Source: an uncultured Methanosarcinaceae archaeon (GTDB taxonomy: Archaea > Halobacteriota > Methanosarcinia > Methanosarcinales > Methanosarcinaceae). Taken from it: a stretch of 64,000 nucleotides of DNA. Where the stretch lies: positions 32,001 through 96,000 of the forward strand of contig CAVSHT010000009.1 of assembly GCA_963727895.1 (NCBI GenBank). Direction: 5' to 3'. Position numbers and translations under genes: made by a program. Below are positions 20,789 to 31,384 of the stretch, in pieces (the stretch's first letter is position 1; every line of letters begins with the position of its first letter). The notes beneath the pieces are model-generated. The model had not been told where the DNA came from and searched no databases. It saw only the letters and a program-made list of their open reading frames with translations.

Positions 20789-22378
20789 TTATGAGAGCTC
20801 TGCTTGAATACAGACTGGAGCAATATAATTTACTACCTGCAGAGAAGTGCTTTCGAGGAAGTTTCTAATACTCCATGGGATTTCATCAAGGGTATGGGAA
20901 GCAAAGTTCAGGCTGCCTACAATCTCCCCTCTATATTTCAGAGGTATGATAGCAACCGCTTTTATTCCCTCTTTTTTTACTGCTTCAGCCATTTCATCGG
21001 AGTAGAAGCCCAGTGAATATATGGGTTTTTCAGCCCAGATTTTCCTTGCTTCTGGAGAATCGGCCTTATATCTGGAAACTTTTTCTCTAAACTCAGAAGA
21101 AATTCCCCTATCCACTACAAGATTTATCTGATCCAGGAGTTCATCTTTGATGTATATCCCTCCTGTATCAAGTCCGTTTATTTGAAGACAGGAATCAAGA
21201 ATGAGATTAAGCATTTTCTGAAAATTCCAGGTAGTACTCAGTTCCTTACCGAGTTCTCGTTGAATTTCAAGCATTTTCTGAGCTTCTTTTCTTTCAGTAA
21301 TATCAACTACAAGACCCTGAAAATGTGTCATTTTTCCAGCTTCGTCTCTCTGGATAAAAGTTTTCTCATCTACCCAGAGCATTTTTCCGTCTCCAGTAAA
21401 AATTCTGTATTCAATATCAAAGGAGTAGTGTCTTTCTTTGATGTTGCGGTTTGTGATTTCAATAACTGAATCCATATCATCTTTATGAACGATGTTTTTG
21501 TAAGAGATTCTTCCGGAGATGAAATCTTCGACTGTATAACCGAACTGAGTCACATTTTCTGAAACATATACTGTTGGCAGATTTCCCTTATTCTCCCACA
21601 AAAACGCTACTGCTGGGCTGTTGTTTATTATGGTTCTCAACATTTTTTGAGTTTCTAAAGACTTTCGTAGAGCTTCTTCACTTTTCTTCCTTAGAGTTAT
21701 ATCCAGCACTAACCCTTGCAAATAGGTCACTTCTCCTTCAGGACTCCGCTGGATAAACGTTCTCTCATTTACCCAATGGATATCCCCAGCTTTTGTAAAG
21801 ATTCTGTACTCTATATTAAAGTCAACTTCACCTCTCCGAATACGCTCTTCAAGTGAATCTATAACTCTCTTCAGGTCATCGGGGTGGATAATATCTCCAT
21901 ATAGAACCCTGCCTGAAATAAAGTCCTCAACGGTATATCCAAACTGTACCACGTTTTCAGAGACAAACTCTGAAGGCCATTGTTCTTCATTTTTCCAGAG
22001 AAATACTACGGCAGGACTGTTATTCACAACTGTTCTGATTATTTCCTGCATCTCAAGGACCGAAAGTAGATCTACGATCCCTATTGCTGCAACAACTTTC
22101 CCGTCCTCTGAAAAGATGGGAGAAACAGCCACATTCCTGCCCAGATATGTACCGTCCGTGGGTACTCCACGTATGGTCTTACCGGTTTGGAGAACCTCTT
22201 CAAGCACAGGACCCGTATAATCCCTGTCAAGGATTTTACCATTCTCCAAGCGAAGTCCCTTCCGCTTGAGACTGCGGATAGTGGTTGGAAGCCCGACGAG
22301 GGAATGCACTGCAACCGCTATAGGTTCAAGTTCATCAGATCCTGCATCTTCAGATATTAGAGAAGTAATTTTTTTCAC
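20789..22378 (-). CDS. DUF2111-PAS-PAS-GAF sensor protein with no output domain
   Basis: N-terminal ILDRDYTGPVLEEVL...VAAIGIVD; two SPAV.FLW...IEYRI...DIT PAS/PAC units; GAF-like C-terminus; likely GTG start at 22378. Confidence 0.8.
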   Translation of the reverse strand: MKKITSLISEDAGSDELEPIAVAVHSLVGLPTTIRSLKRKGLRLENGKILDRDYTGPVLEEVLQTGKTIRGVPTDGTYLGRNVAVSPIFSEDGKVVAAIGIVDLLSVLEMQEIIRTVVNNSPAVVFLWKNEEQWPSEFVSENVVQFGYTVEDFISGRVLYGDIIHPDDLKRVIDSLEERIRRGEVDFNIEYRIFTKAGDIHWVNERTFIQRSPEGEVTYLQGLVLDITLRKKSEEALRKSLETQKMLRTIINNSPAVAFLWENKGNLPTVYVSENVTQFGYTVEDFISGRISYKNIVHKDDMDSVIEITNRNIKERHYSFDIEYRIFTGDGKMLWVDEKTFIQRDEAGKMTHFQGLVVDITERKEAQKMLEIQRELGKELSTTWNFQKMLNLILDSCLQINGLDTGGIYIKDELLDQINLVVDRGISSEFREKVSRYKADSPEARKIWAEKPIYSLGFYSDEMAEAVKKEGIKAVAIIPLKYRGEIVGSLNFASHTLDEIPWSIRNFLESTSLQVVNYIAPVCIQAELS

Positions 22379-22663
22379 CCCCAAAGAAAATCCTGACAAT
22401 TCAAAAACTAAAAGGCAGAAGAAAGTCAACAAGAAGAACTAAGAACTGAAACCTTTATAATACATTTTAGTATTAATTTAATACTTTTTAAAGGTTATAT
22501 AATTATTCTCAAATTATATAAGTAGGAAAATAACCAGAAGCTTGAGAAAGCTGTAATTGTATTAATAATCGGCAAGTCAACTCAAATATATTCATTTAGT
22601 ACTCAAAAAACATAATTTCCTAGGATACTACATTTAAAAACAAATTTAAAAATTGGTGTTATC

Positions 22664-23385
22664 ATGCTGAAAAAAAGCAAAAAAAATCTGATACACAAAG
22701 TTTTGATTCAGAGTATAATATCCCAGAAAATACACAAAATTTCAATATAATATGGGATCTTTTAAAAAAAGAATATCCTGATGTAAAACCTTCTCTTAAT
22801 TATAGTAATCCTCTTGAACTACTTGTAGCAACTGTTCTTTCAGCCCAGTCAACCGATGTCCAGATTAACAAAGTAACTGAGAAACTATTCAAAAAGTACA
22901 GAACTGCAGAAGATTATGCCAGTGCAGACTTAAAAGAACTTGAAAATGATATATACTCTTCAGGCTTTTACAAAACTAAAGCAAAGAACATAAAAGCTAT
23001 TTCACAGATACTTGTTGAAAGATATGATGAAGAAGTTCCAAAGACTATGGAAGAACTGGTTAGTTTACCAGGCATCGGGAGAAAAACTGCTAATATAGTA
23101 CTTGCCAGAGCATTTGGAAAAATAGAGGGAATTGCTGTAGATACCCATGTAAAAAGGGTTTCAAGAAGACTTGGACTTACAAGAAATTCCGATCCCAGTA
23201 AAATAGAACAGAACCTAATATCAATTGCTCAAAAAGAAGACCTCGATTCTCTTTCAATGACTCTGATATATCATGGAAGAAAAGTCTGCCAGGCAAAAAA
23301 GCCAAAATGCCCAGCATGTGTTGTGAAACATCTCTGCCCTTCGAACATAATAATATCAAGTGCAAAAATTGAAGATAAATACTGA
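22664..23385 (+). CDS. nth: Endonuclease III; frameshift in the 5' poly-A runs
   Basis: The frame upstream of the track ORF reads LLVATVLSAQSTD...GFYKTKAKN; then LPGIGRKTAN, VDTH and a C-x6-C-x2-C-x5-C cluster. ATG at 22664 is out of frame across the A7/A8 runs. Confidence 0.88.
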
Positions 23386-23483
23386 AAAAAGTTGATACTA
23401 TTACATACAGAGGTTATTAGATAAAAATATAATTATATGGATATAATTATACAGATGAGTTGTAAGTAGGTCGTTAAAGAAGT

Positions 23484-24320
23484 TTAATTTTGGTGATCGT
23501 GAATATGCTCTCTAAAGTGTGCATGTGGATGTTCATGCATAATATTTCCGTGAACATGCATATGTTCATGGATCAGATTTGTTGAAAGTAAAAGCTCCCT
23601 GTTATTAAGCACGTTTCCTACGTCCCCATCCACAATAATTTTATGATTTTCTCCCATAACTATGGCTCTTTTGCTAATCTGCTCTACTGTTTCGAGGTCA
23701 TGAGTGGCAGTAATTATTGTCTTTCCCGCTTTTCCTAGCTCCTGCAATAACTCTACCAACCAGAGCTGAGTCCTGGGATCCAATCCTGCAGTGGGTTCAT
23801 CCAATAGAAGGATATCCGGATTATTAGCTAAAACAGCAGCTATACAAACTTTTTTCTTCTCTCCTCCGCTTAGAGTATGAGGAGATCGGTCTTTAAGTTT
23901 AGTGATCCCAATCATATCCAGGACCTCTATCACTCTGGCTTTGACTTCTTCCTGAGTCATATTGAGCTGTAGAGGCCCAAAGGCAACCTCTTCAAAGACT
24001 GTAGACGAAAAAAGTTGCACATCTGAGTTTTGAAAAACAAATCCGACTCTTTTCCGGAAATAAGACCTGAACTCGTTATCTTTAATGGAATCGAAAACTT
24101 CTTCGTTTATTTCACTGCCAAAAGCATAGAATTCGCCCATTGTGGGATATATAAGCCCATCTAGAAGGGTCAGTAGAGTTGACTTACCACTACCATTAGA
24201 GCCCATTATAGAGATCTGCTCGCCTGGCGTCACCTTGAAACTGATATCGTTTAAGGCATTTATCTTTCCCATATATGTATATGAGACATTTTTTAAATCA
24301 AAAATTGTTTCCATGTTCAT
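23484..24320 (-). CDS. nikO: ECF transporter ATPase NikO/CbiO with His-rich tail
   Basis: GSNGSGKST, LSGGEKK, LLDEPT; C-terminal HEHMHVH...HEHPHAH. Confidence 0.88.
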   Translation of the reverse strand: MNMETIFDLKNVSYTYMGKINALNDISFKVTPGEQISIMGSNGSGKSTLLTLLDGLIYPTMGEFYAFGSEINEEVFDSIKDNEFRSYFRKRVGFVFQNSDVQLFSSTVFEEVAFGPLQLNMTQEEVKARVIEVLDMIGITKLKDRSPHTLSGGEKKKVCIAAVLANNPDILLLDEPTAGLDPRTQLWLVELLQELGKAGKTIITATHDLETVEQISKRAIVMGENHKIIVDGDVGNVLNNRELLLSTNLIHEHMHVHGNIMHEHPHAHFREHIHDHQN

Positions 24321-24321
24321 A

Positions 24322-25257
24322 TCACCTTATGATGTTATGGGATATCAACACTAGCAATATGCTCATGGATATCGCAATTACCCCTGAAATGTAATCACGA
24401 TTGCGCATTTTGAACTCCTGCATTATCTTAACGTTCCCGTTGTATCCTCTGGACATCATGGCTGCATGAACTTTTTCACTTGTATCCAGAGATCTTATTA
24501 GTGTGTAGCCTATACGTCCACCAACCCATTTCTGCTCATCGAACATGCTTCCAGTCTTTATTGTTCTGGCTTTTTTGGCAATGTATATCTCCCGTACCAT
24601 GTCCGTTAGAAGAAAAATGTACCTGTAGGCCATTTCCAATGTAAAAACATAGATTTTAGGAACTCCAACCGAGCGCAGGGACTTAAAAAGAACCTGCTGA
24701 GGTGTGGTGAGAAAAAGCAAGACTACAGTAGATACGCATGTTGCGACACGCATTGTAAATATTACCGCAGAATTGACGCCCTGGATGGTGATGTAAATGC
24801 TACTAGGCAGTGAAAATGGTCCCAAATGAGCTTCAGGACCAAGATATGCTAGCCTGATCAAAGGATCTCCTGGAAAAAAAACATTGAAAATCATTGGTAT
24901 GGTGAGGATTCCCGCAAAAATCGGTATGAAGAGCCATACCCGCTTGATAAAGAATAAGACATCGATCTTGCTGAAATATGCAAAAAGAAGAGTAAGTATA
25001 TAAACAAAGATCAGTAATTTCAGATCCCTGATCAAACTCGTTGCGAATATCAAAGACAGGATGGAGATCAGCTTGGCTCTAGGATCTAAACTCTGAAGGA
25101 ACCCATCACGCTTAGAAAAGCTGTCTGAGATAAAAGCTTCTTCTAAAAAACCAAAGATGCCATCAATAGTCTTTCCTATAAAACCCTTTTTACTGTGATA
25201 CACTGCCGAGCACCTGCATGTACCGGTATCTGTTTCTTTCATCCAGTCTGGGATCAT
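24322..25257 (-). CDS. nikQ: ECF transporter T component NikQ/CbiQ
   Basis: LDPRAK, YRYIF, AMMSRGY. Confidence 0.88.
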   Translation of the reverse strand: MIPDWMKETDTGTCRCSAVYHSKKGFIGKTIDGIFGFLEEAFISDSFSKRDGFLQSLDPRAKLISILSLIFATSLIRDLKLLIFVYILTLLFAYFSKIDVLFFIKRVWLFIPIFAGILTIPMIFNVFFPGDPLIRLAYLGPEAHLGPFSLPSSIYITIQGVNSAVIFTMRVATCVSTVVLLFLTTPQQVLFKSLRSVGVPKIYVFTLEMAYRYIFLLTDMVREIYIAKKARTIKTGSMFDEQKWVGGRIGYTLIRSLDTSEKVHAAMMSRGYNGNVKIMQEFKMRNRDYISGVIAISMSILLVLISHNIIR

Positions 25258-25567
25258 TATTCACCCTTTTTAAAAAGTAAATTTTAGCTAGCTATAAAAT
25301 TGAATTCAAATAATTTTAAAAATAAACAAAAAATTAAAATTATAAAAAGGTATCGATTTTATGTAAAATCATAAATTCCAAAAATACGGGAAAAATTCCG
25401 TATCCTGATAACCAAATAATAGAAATAATTTCAATAAATCTTATATTTACCAATTTTTATAAGTAGTATATAAGCAATTAATATAACTTATAGGTTTATT
25501 GAAATTCGTATCTAAGATCAATATTTAATTTTCAATTTTGGGGAAAATCACGACAATATTTAAAAAT

Positions 25568-25882
25568 TTAATCCTTAGCAATCTTTTTTCCTACAAAGTA
25601 TAGAAGACTGCCACCTATTGCTACTCCTATTAATGCAGACAGAATATACGCTATCGACGAAAATGTCATAGAATCATCGGCTCTTGGTAGCGAATAATCA
25701 GCCATTGGTGCATTCCAGAGTCCAGAAAGATGTTCCAATCCCTGAGGTATAAATCCTACCTTTTGTTGGAATTCATCGGGGCTCCATTCACCATATGCTT
25801 CGCCAACAGCTAAAAGACCCAGAGGTGCTAGAATTATCAACAATACCAAGCCAATAGCAAAATTTCGAACTATTTTTTCCAT
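25568..25882 (-). CDS. nikN: PDGLE-domain NikN-like accessory membrane protein
   Basis: AYGEWS...PQGLE...APMADY flanked by two TM helices. Confidence 0.8.
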   Translation of the reverse strand: MEKIVRNFAIGLVLLIILAPLGLLAVGEAYGEWSPDEFQQKVGFIPQGLEHLSGLWNAPMADYSLPRADDSMTFSSIAYILSALIGVAIGGSLLYFVGKKIAKD

Positions 25883-25891
25883 ATTCTCACC

Positions 25892-26611
25892 TTAAGTTGG
25901 AACTGCCTTCTTCATTTTATCCTTCTGTACTGCAGTGGTTTCTCCATAAAAGATAGATGTATCGGTTCTCTGGATATAAGCAAAAATAACTGCCGTAATC
26001 AGTGCTTCCAAGATGCTGAATGCAAAAGCGTGTTCAAGTACCATAGCCGGAACAGTTACGCTTAAGGGGTATGGCATATAAAGTGGAGTTCCATCTGCTG
26101 TGTGCTGTAAAATGGGCTGTATTCCTAATTCAACACCTGCACAGAAGGCTGCTACAGTCAGAGAAATCCAGCCAGCTACAGCCGAAGCAATAATTCTTGT
26201 AGTGGACGTTATTTCTGAATTTCCACTAATAAGCTTGTAAACATAGTAACCAACAAATGGTATTACCGTTCCCATGTTGAAGCAATTCGCTGCTATGGCT
26301 GTAATTCCTCCATCACCAAACATCAACGCCTGCAATACGAGAGTTACAGAAATAGATATCACTGCTGCCCAGGGACCGAGGACTATAGCAATAATTGCCC
26401 CTCCAACGGCATGACCTGTGCTGCCTCCAGGAATCGGAACATTGAACATCATAATTACAAATGAAAATGCAGCTGATAGTGCAAGCAGAGGGACCTGTTT
26501 AGACTTAAGTTCTGTGTTCAGCTTTTTTCCGGCATAATACCATATAGGAATCATAATGATCCAAAATGCAATATAAGTATATGGCCCTAAATATCCATCT
26601 GGAATGTGCAT
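25892..26611 (-). CDS. nikM: ECF S component NikM/CbiM
   Basis: N-terminal MHIPDG (nickel-type signature), STGH, QALMFGDGG. Confidence 0.88.
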   Translation of the reverse strand: MHIPDGYLGPYTYIAFWIIMIPIWYYAGKKLNTELKSKQVPLLALSAAFSFVIMMFNVPIPGGSTGHAVGGAIIAIVLGPWAAVISISVTLVLQALMFGDGGITAIAANCFNMGTVIPFVGYYVYKLISGNSEITSTTRIIASAVAGWISLTVAAFCAGVELGIQPILQHTADGTPLYMPYPLSVTVPAMVLEHAFAFSILEALITAVIFAYIQRTDTSIFYGETTAVQKDKMKKAVPT

Positions 26612-26642
26612 TTTTCTACTTCCTTTGAACTTATTTACTATA

Positions 26643-26722
26643 ATTATAACCGATAATCTATTATTATAACCGATAATCTATTATTATAACCGATAATCTA
26701 TTATTATAACCGATAATCTATT
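26643..26722. repeat. Perfect 20-bp tandem repeat, 4 copies, in the nikM leader
   Basis: attataaccgataatctatt four times. Confidence 0.95.
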
Positions 26723-26845
26723 TTGACTGAATAATCTCTATGATAAAGAGTTTAATCCTAAGAGGAAACTCAGCTGTTTCAAAGATAGAATGGCATTCTC
26801 ATTAGTTGTTTTCCAAAAAATGTCTTTATATGTTAGCATTGTTAG

Positions 26846-26873
26846 GTATTACTTATATATATTTTGATATTAC
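26846..26873 (-). promoter_or_regulatory. Candidate NikR-type operator enclosing the TATA box of the nik operon
   Basis: Minus strand GTAATA-N16-TAATAC with TATATATAAG in the spacer; spacing matches the E. coli NikR GTATGA-N16-TCATAC architecture. Confidence 0.55.
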
Positions 26874-27920
26874 CTTTTTCGACAAATTTATCAATAAATA
26901 TAATTCAATAATCATATTCAATTTGTAAATGAAATTAAGTATCCTTCTATTCATTTTTGTTCCTAAAATAGTTATAATTAAATGTATTCATTTCGGCTCT
27001 ATAGGAATTCATATCCATAAATTAACTGCAATAGGTTGAAGAAAGAAGTAAAAAATAGATCAAACTATTCAGTTCAAATTAATGAAGCTATTTTTTAGAA
27101 GATTTCTACAAGACCCTTATACACTGTTATAATTATCTGAACTTTCTCCCTATCTGTTTTCACAGACAGGGTAAAAAGAAGTTCAGGTACTTGAACTATT
27201 TAGGAGGTGATTTTAGATTTGTGTCTGTTCGCTAGAGGCATATATTACTAATAAATATTTAATACTTTCGTTTTTGTTGTTATTACTAAATAGTAATTAT
27301 AATTAATATATTATTACCTAGTTGAAGAATTAAATTCTCAAGAAAATTTGCTGCATAAGAATAGATTGACAAATATTGAAATGGAATTGAGAGTTTCAAA
27401 TATCAAGGAAGTTGTTTAAGATACCTAATCATCAAAAATATTAAATCATCAGAGACATGGTCACAATCAATTCTGTCATAGAGTTTTTCTAAATCCTGAT
27501 GTAATCTGTTAATTTATCTTTTCCAGAGTTTTTTATCAGATTCCTTATAGAAACCTATTTTCGAAGCTGTGACTTTCGCATAATCCTGGGAAATTATTCT
27601 GTTGCTCCATGATAAGCCGAAAGCCAGATCAGTTTTTTTGATGCTATATTTTTCGTTGATTAGGAACTCATAAAGTTCAGAAATTTGATCCAGCCTTCCT
27701 TTAGAGCTTTCAGGAAAGTTTGATCCAAGATTTACCAGATTTCGTAGATGAGATCGGACACCACAGCTTTCGGGGCACAGTTTTTCTGAGTTTGCAAATT
27801 CAAGCATTTCCTTGAATTCAAGGAAAATATTCGTCTGTGTGAAACCTGCTGGTAGAGTTTTTCCTAAGAAAATAAGAATATGAATGCATTCGTGATAGAG
27901 GATTTTTGCTATAAGGAATT

Positions 27921-27945
27921 CTATTCTATTCTATTCTATTCTATT
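27921..27945. repeat. (CTATT)5 simple sequence repeat inside a coding frame
   Basis: ctattctattctattctattctatt. Confidence 0.95.
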
Positions 27946-28194
27946 CTGAAGATTCCATAACTTTTCAACCAGTTTCCGTTCCCACAATTCATATGGATTC
28001 ACCAAAACAAGAAATTTATATATCATTTTCTTTTCGTTTCTGGAAACGATTTTTTTTGGCTCGAAAGCTAAACCCTGAACCATTCCAAAGAACTGTATCC
28101 GGACAGCTAACTCCCAGCAATACTCCCACTCTCCGAAATGCACATATTTTACTCTATAATACCTACCATCAAAATGCACTTTATTAATTAGTTT

Positions 28195-28874
28195 GGTATT
28201 GATAATCAAAAGTAGATATATATGCTTATAACATATATTTCTTCATGAACTGCCCAAAATGTAATAGTTCCAGTCACAAAAAGAATGGTATAGTTGGTGA
28301 GCGTCAACGCTACAAATGCCATGATTGTGGCTATAACTATGCCCTTGAAGGATTGGGCTTTCGCTCAATAGGAAGAGTTTTAGGGGTAAGTCATGTTTCT
28401 GTCCAAAGATGGATAACGAAATTTGGTCAAGAGTGAGAGAACCTAAAAAGTGAAAATGAGATATCTATTGTTGAAATGGATGAGATGCACACTTACATCG
28501 GTAACAAAAAAAATATTGCTGGATCTGGATTGCTGTTGATAGAGTTGGGAAAAAGTTTATCAACTGCTCTTTTGGCATCAGAGGAACGGAAACTGGAAAA
28601 CTATTTTGGGAAAAAGTGAAGAAAAAAGACATTGGAAAAGTGATGACAGATCACTGGAGAGCATATGCAGAGTTTCTTCCAGAAAAGAGTCATACTCAAT
28701 CCAAAGCAGAAACGTATACTGTTGAAGGATATAACAGCATATTGAAGCACCTTTTGGCAAAGTTGAGAAGAAAGACAAAGTGTTATACGAAGAGTCTTGA
28801 AATGCTAAAGTACTCGGTTATTCTATTGATGAAATAAAGAAATAAATAACTAGAGATAGTTAAGTAACAATACC
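28195..28874 (+). mobile_element. IS1-family element, copy 1 (internally deleted, defective)
   Basis: InsA Zn ribbon CPKC...RYKCHDC; InsB EMDEM, TDHW, VEGYNS. TIRs ggtattg/caatacc; 8-bp TSD attagttt/attaattt (one mismatch); premature TGA. Confidence 0.92.
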
Positions 28875-29492
28875 ATTAATTTGTATCTATATTCATTTTG
28901 TTCTTTGATTAGAGCTTTGATCACAAACTCTCGATAAATATTAAGATTAAGATAGAGAATTCCAGGGAACAAAGAGCAATTAATAGCAGGATAAGAAAAA
29001 GAAACGGAGTATTGAACAATAGGAGAAAAAGGCAAATATAAAGAGGGTAAGTTATTCCATTTCCTGTTTACCTGTAAGCTATCTTCTTCTTTGAATGAAG
29101 TATTTTTTGATTTAATTTTTGGCATTAAAAATTTACCCCTCACAAATTACTGGTTTTCTGCTTTATCACGAGGTATTAGTAATACAAATATATAATTAAA
29201 TGTTAATTATAGAGTAAATGAAGTTAATAAATAAATATTTATTTATATGAAAGAAAAAATAAGAATTACGTGATTAGAATATACAACAAAAATGAGAAAT
29301 ATAAAATTTGATAGCAATGGGATTGATCCCAACATTTTGTGAGGCAAAAAGGAGCATTTTTAAAATCTTATAATATGGCAAAGTCTTCACTAATTAACTT
29401 CAAAAAAGGTTAGCGAAAACTCTGTTTAAAAGTTAATCCCAATAATTTCCAAGAAAAAAAGAGAAGAGAAATAAGTAAAGTTGGTATATTCT

Positions 29493-30326
29493 TCATATAT
29501 CCACTTTATTAAACCTCCACATAGCCGCAGATAACATTACAAGGGCAAAGAACATAAGGCCCAAGAAAGCCACAATTATATCTGCTGAAGTGTAGATATA
29601 GTGCATTCCCATCACAGAGAAATCAGTTCCCAAAGCAAAATAACGAATTCCACCTGCCAGAAGTGTCAGTGGGTTAAACATCGATAGAACTTTGAGGAAA
29701 GTTGGAAAGCCGTCAATGGGATAAAGAGCATTACTTACGAAGAAAATTGGCATGCTAACCAAGGTGAGAATAGACTGCATTCCTTCTGGATTTTCAACGG
29801 TAATTGCAATGGAACCAGACAGAAAGAGGAAACCAAGAGTGAAAATTGACACCAATAGCATGATTCCCACGAGAGCGATAAGGGTTTCAACAAGAGTATA
29901 TCCCACAAAGAAGTCCATTCCTACAAGTTTTCCAAATCCTATTATTATGAAAGTTTGAAAGAGAGCTTTAGTCACGGCTGAAAGCCCAACACCAAGAATG
30001 ATATGGGTTCTAGGAACTGGACTTGCTAGTGTTTCCCTTAAAAGACTGAACTTTTTGTCAAACATAAGAGTAGTGCCTCCAAACAAACTGCTGAACAGCA
30101 CATCCATTGCAATTATTCCTGCACCCATATAGGAAATGTACTTGACTACTGGAACACCTGGTTCGTTTGGAACAAATGATGTCAGTTTGTCAAAACTATG
30201 TGACATAGCAAGCCCAAAAAATGCCAGCCACATCACAGGCTGTATCATTGAAGTTATGAGTACTGATTTATATCTGAAGTATTTCAGCATCTCCCTCCAA
30301 TATATGGCACGAAATTCAAAGCTCAT
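29493..30326 (-). CDS. ABC-2 permease (DrrB-like)
   Basis: Six-TM pattern, ETLASPVPR, SNALYP...NPLT. Confidence 0.9.
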   Translation of the reverse strand: MSFEFRAIYWREMLKYFRYKSVLITSMIQPVMWLAFFGLAMSHSFDKLTSFVPNEPGVPVVKYISYMGAGIIAMDVLFSSLFGGTTLMFDKKFSLLRETLASPVPRTHIILGVGLSAVTKALFQTFIIIGFGKLVGMDFFVGYTLVETLIALVGIMLLVSIFTLGFLFLSGSIAITVENPEGMQSILTLVSMPIFFVSNALYPIDGFPTFLKVLSMFNPLTLLAGGIRYFALGTDFSVMGMHYIYTSADIIVAFLGLMFFALVMLSAAMWRFNKVDI

Positions 30327-31384
30327 TCAGAACCCCCCATTATTTCTATTCCTTTCTGCTTTTCATTTTCATGACCTTCCCTTAAATCATGACCTTCCCT
30401 TAAATCATGGCCTTCCCCTAAATCATGACCTTCCCCTAAATCATGACCTTCCCTTAAATCATGACCTGTGTAATGAACAAAAACATCATCCATTGAAGGT
30501 TTTTTAATATTCACAATTAGAATATCTATTCCCTCTCTCCGAATTAGTTCCATAATCTGAGGAAGTACATGAGTAACATCCTCCCCTATCATGATCCTCA
30601 GAGATTTCGTATCTTCTGTTACACTTTTAACTGATTCGAGTGACCTTAAGATCTCTGCAGCATTCTTATTATCATTTGTTTCTAAGTAAATAAGGTCTTT
30701 ACCAAGTTTATTCTTTAATTCATCTGAGGTTCCAGTTACGATAATTTTTCCATGGTCAATTATGCTTATTCTGTCGCTTAATTGATCTGCTTCTTCCATA
30801 TAGTGTGTTGTCAGAAATATAGTGGTACCCTCTCTCTTAATCTCTCTAAGATATTCCCACATTCTCATTCTTGTCTGGATATCAAAACCGATCGTAGGCT
30901 CATCAAGGAAAAGGACTGCAGGTTTTGTCATCAATCCTCTTGCAAGCTCAAGCCTTCTCTTCATACCACCGCTCAGATCTTTTCCCAAGGTATTTTTTTT
31001 ATTTACCAGATCAGTAAGTATTAAAAGTTCTTCGATGCGTTTACTTCTTTCTTTTTTCTTCATCGAATATATCCTTCCATGATATTCAAGATTTTCAGAT
31101 ACAGTCATTTCATGATCGAGACAAAGCATCTGGAAAACAATACCTATTGATCTTCTTACTGCGTTTGGTTCCTTTGCGACATCATAGCCATTAACCTTGG
31201 CTTCTCCTTTCTGGAGTTTTCGGAGTGTCGTGAGAATATTAATAACCGTACTTTTTCCCGCTCCATTTGGACCAAGAAATGAGAAAATCTCCCCCTGTTT
31301 TACAGTAAAACTTATATTGTCAACAGCTTTTACAGAACCATATGAATGTTCAAGATTACTTACCTCTATGACGTTTCCGGTCAT
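30323..31384 (-). CDS. ABC exporter ATPase (DrrA-like) with repeated GHDL(R/G)E tail
   Basis: GPNGAGKST, LSGGMKRRLE, FLDEPT, TTHYMEEA; likely start ATG at 31384. Confidence 0.9.
   Translation of the reverse strand: MTGNVIEVSNLEHSYGSVKAVDNISFTVKQGEIFSFLGPNGAGKSTVINILTTLRKLQKGEAKVNGYDVAKEPNAVRRSIGIVFQMLCLDHEMTVSENLEYHGRIYSMKKKERSKRIEELLILTDLVNKKNTLGKDLSGGMKRRLELARGLMTKPAVLFLDEPTIGFDIQTRMRMWEYLREIKREGTTIFLTTHYMEEADQLSDRISIIDHGKIIVTGTSDELKNKLGKDLIYLETNDNKNAAEILRSLESVKSVTEDTKSLRIMIGEDVTHVLPQIMELIRREGIDILIVNIKKPSMDDVFVHYTGHDLREGHDLGEGHDLGEGHDLREGHDLREGHENEKQKGIEIMGGSE
30369..30467. repeat. 18-bp coding tandem repeat, 5.5 copies
   Basis: tcatgaccttcccttaaa units with minor variants. Confidence 0.95.

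Larger units (their letters stand above)
27514..29125 (-). pseudogene. HExxH-motif hypothetical gene broken by an IS1 insertion and a pentanucleotide expansion
   Basis: Removing the IS and one TSD rejoins EYRYK-LINKVHF in frame; then QNRIE*NRIEFLIAKILYHECIH continues into ORF 27514-27807. Confidence 0.8.

Noticed and set aside
26643..26722. Possible CRISPR mini-array (also the repeats at 20599 and 30369)
   Set aside because: Units are directly adjacent with no unique spacers, and no cas genes are present.
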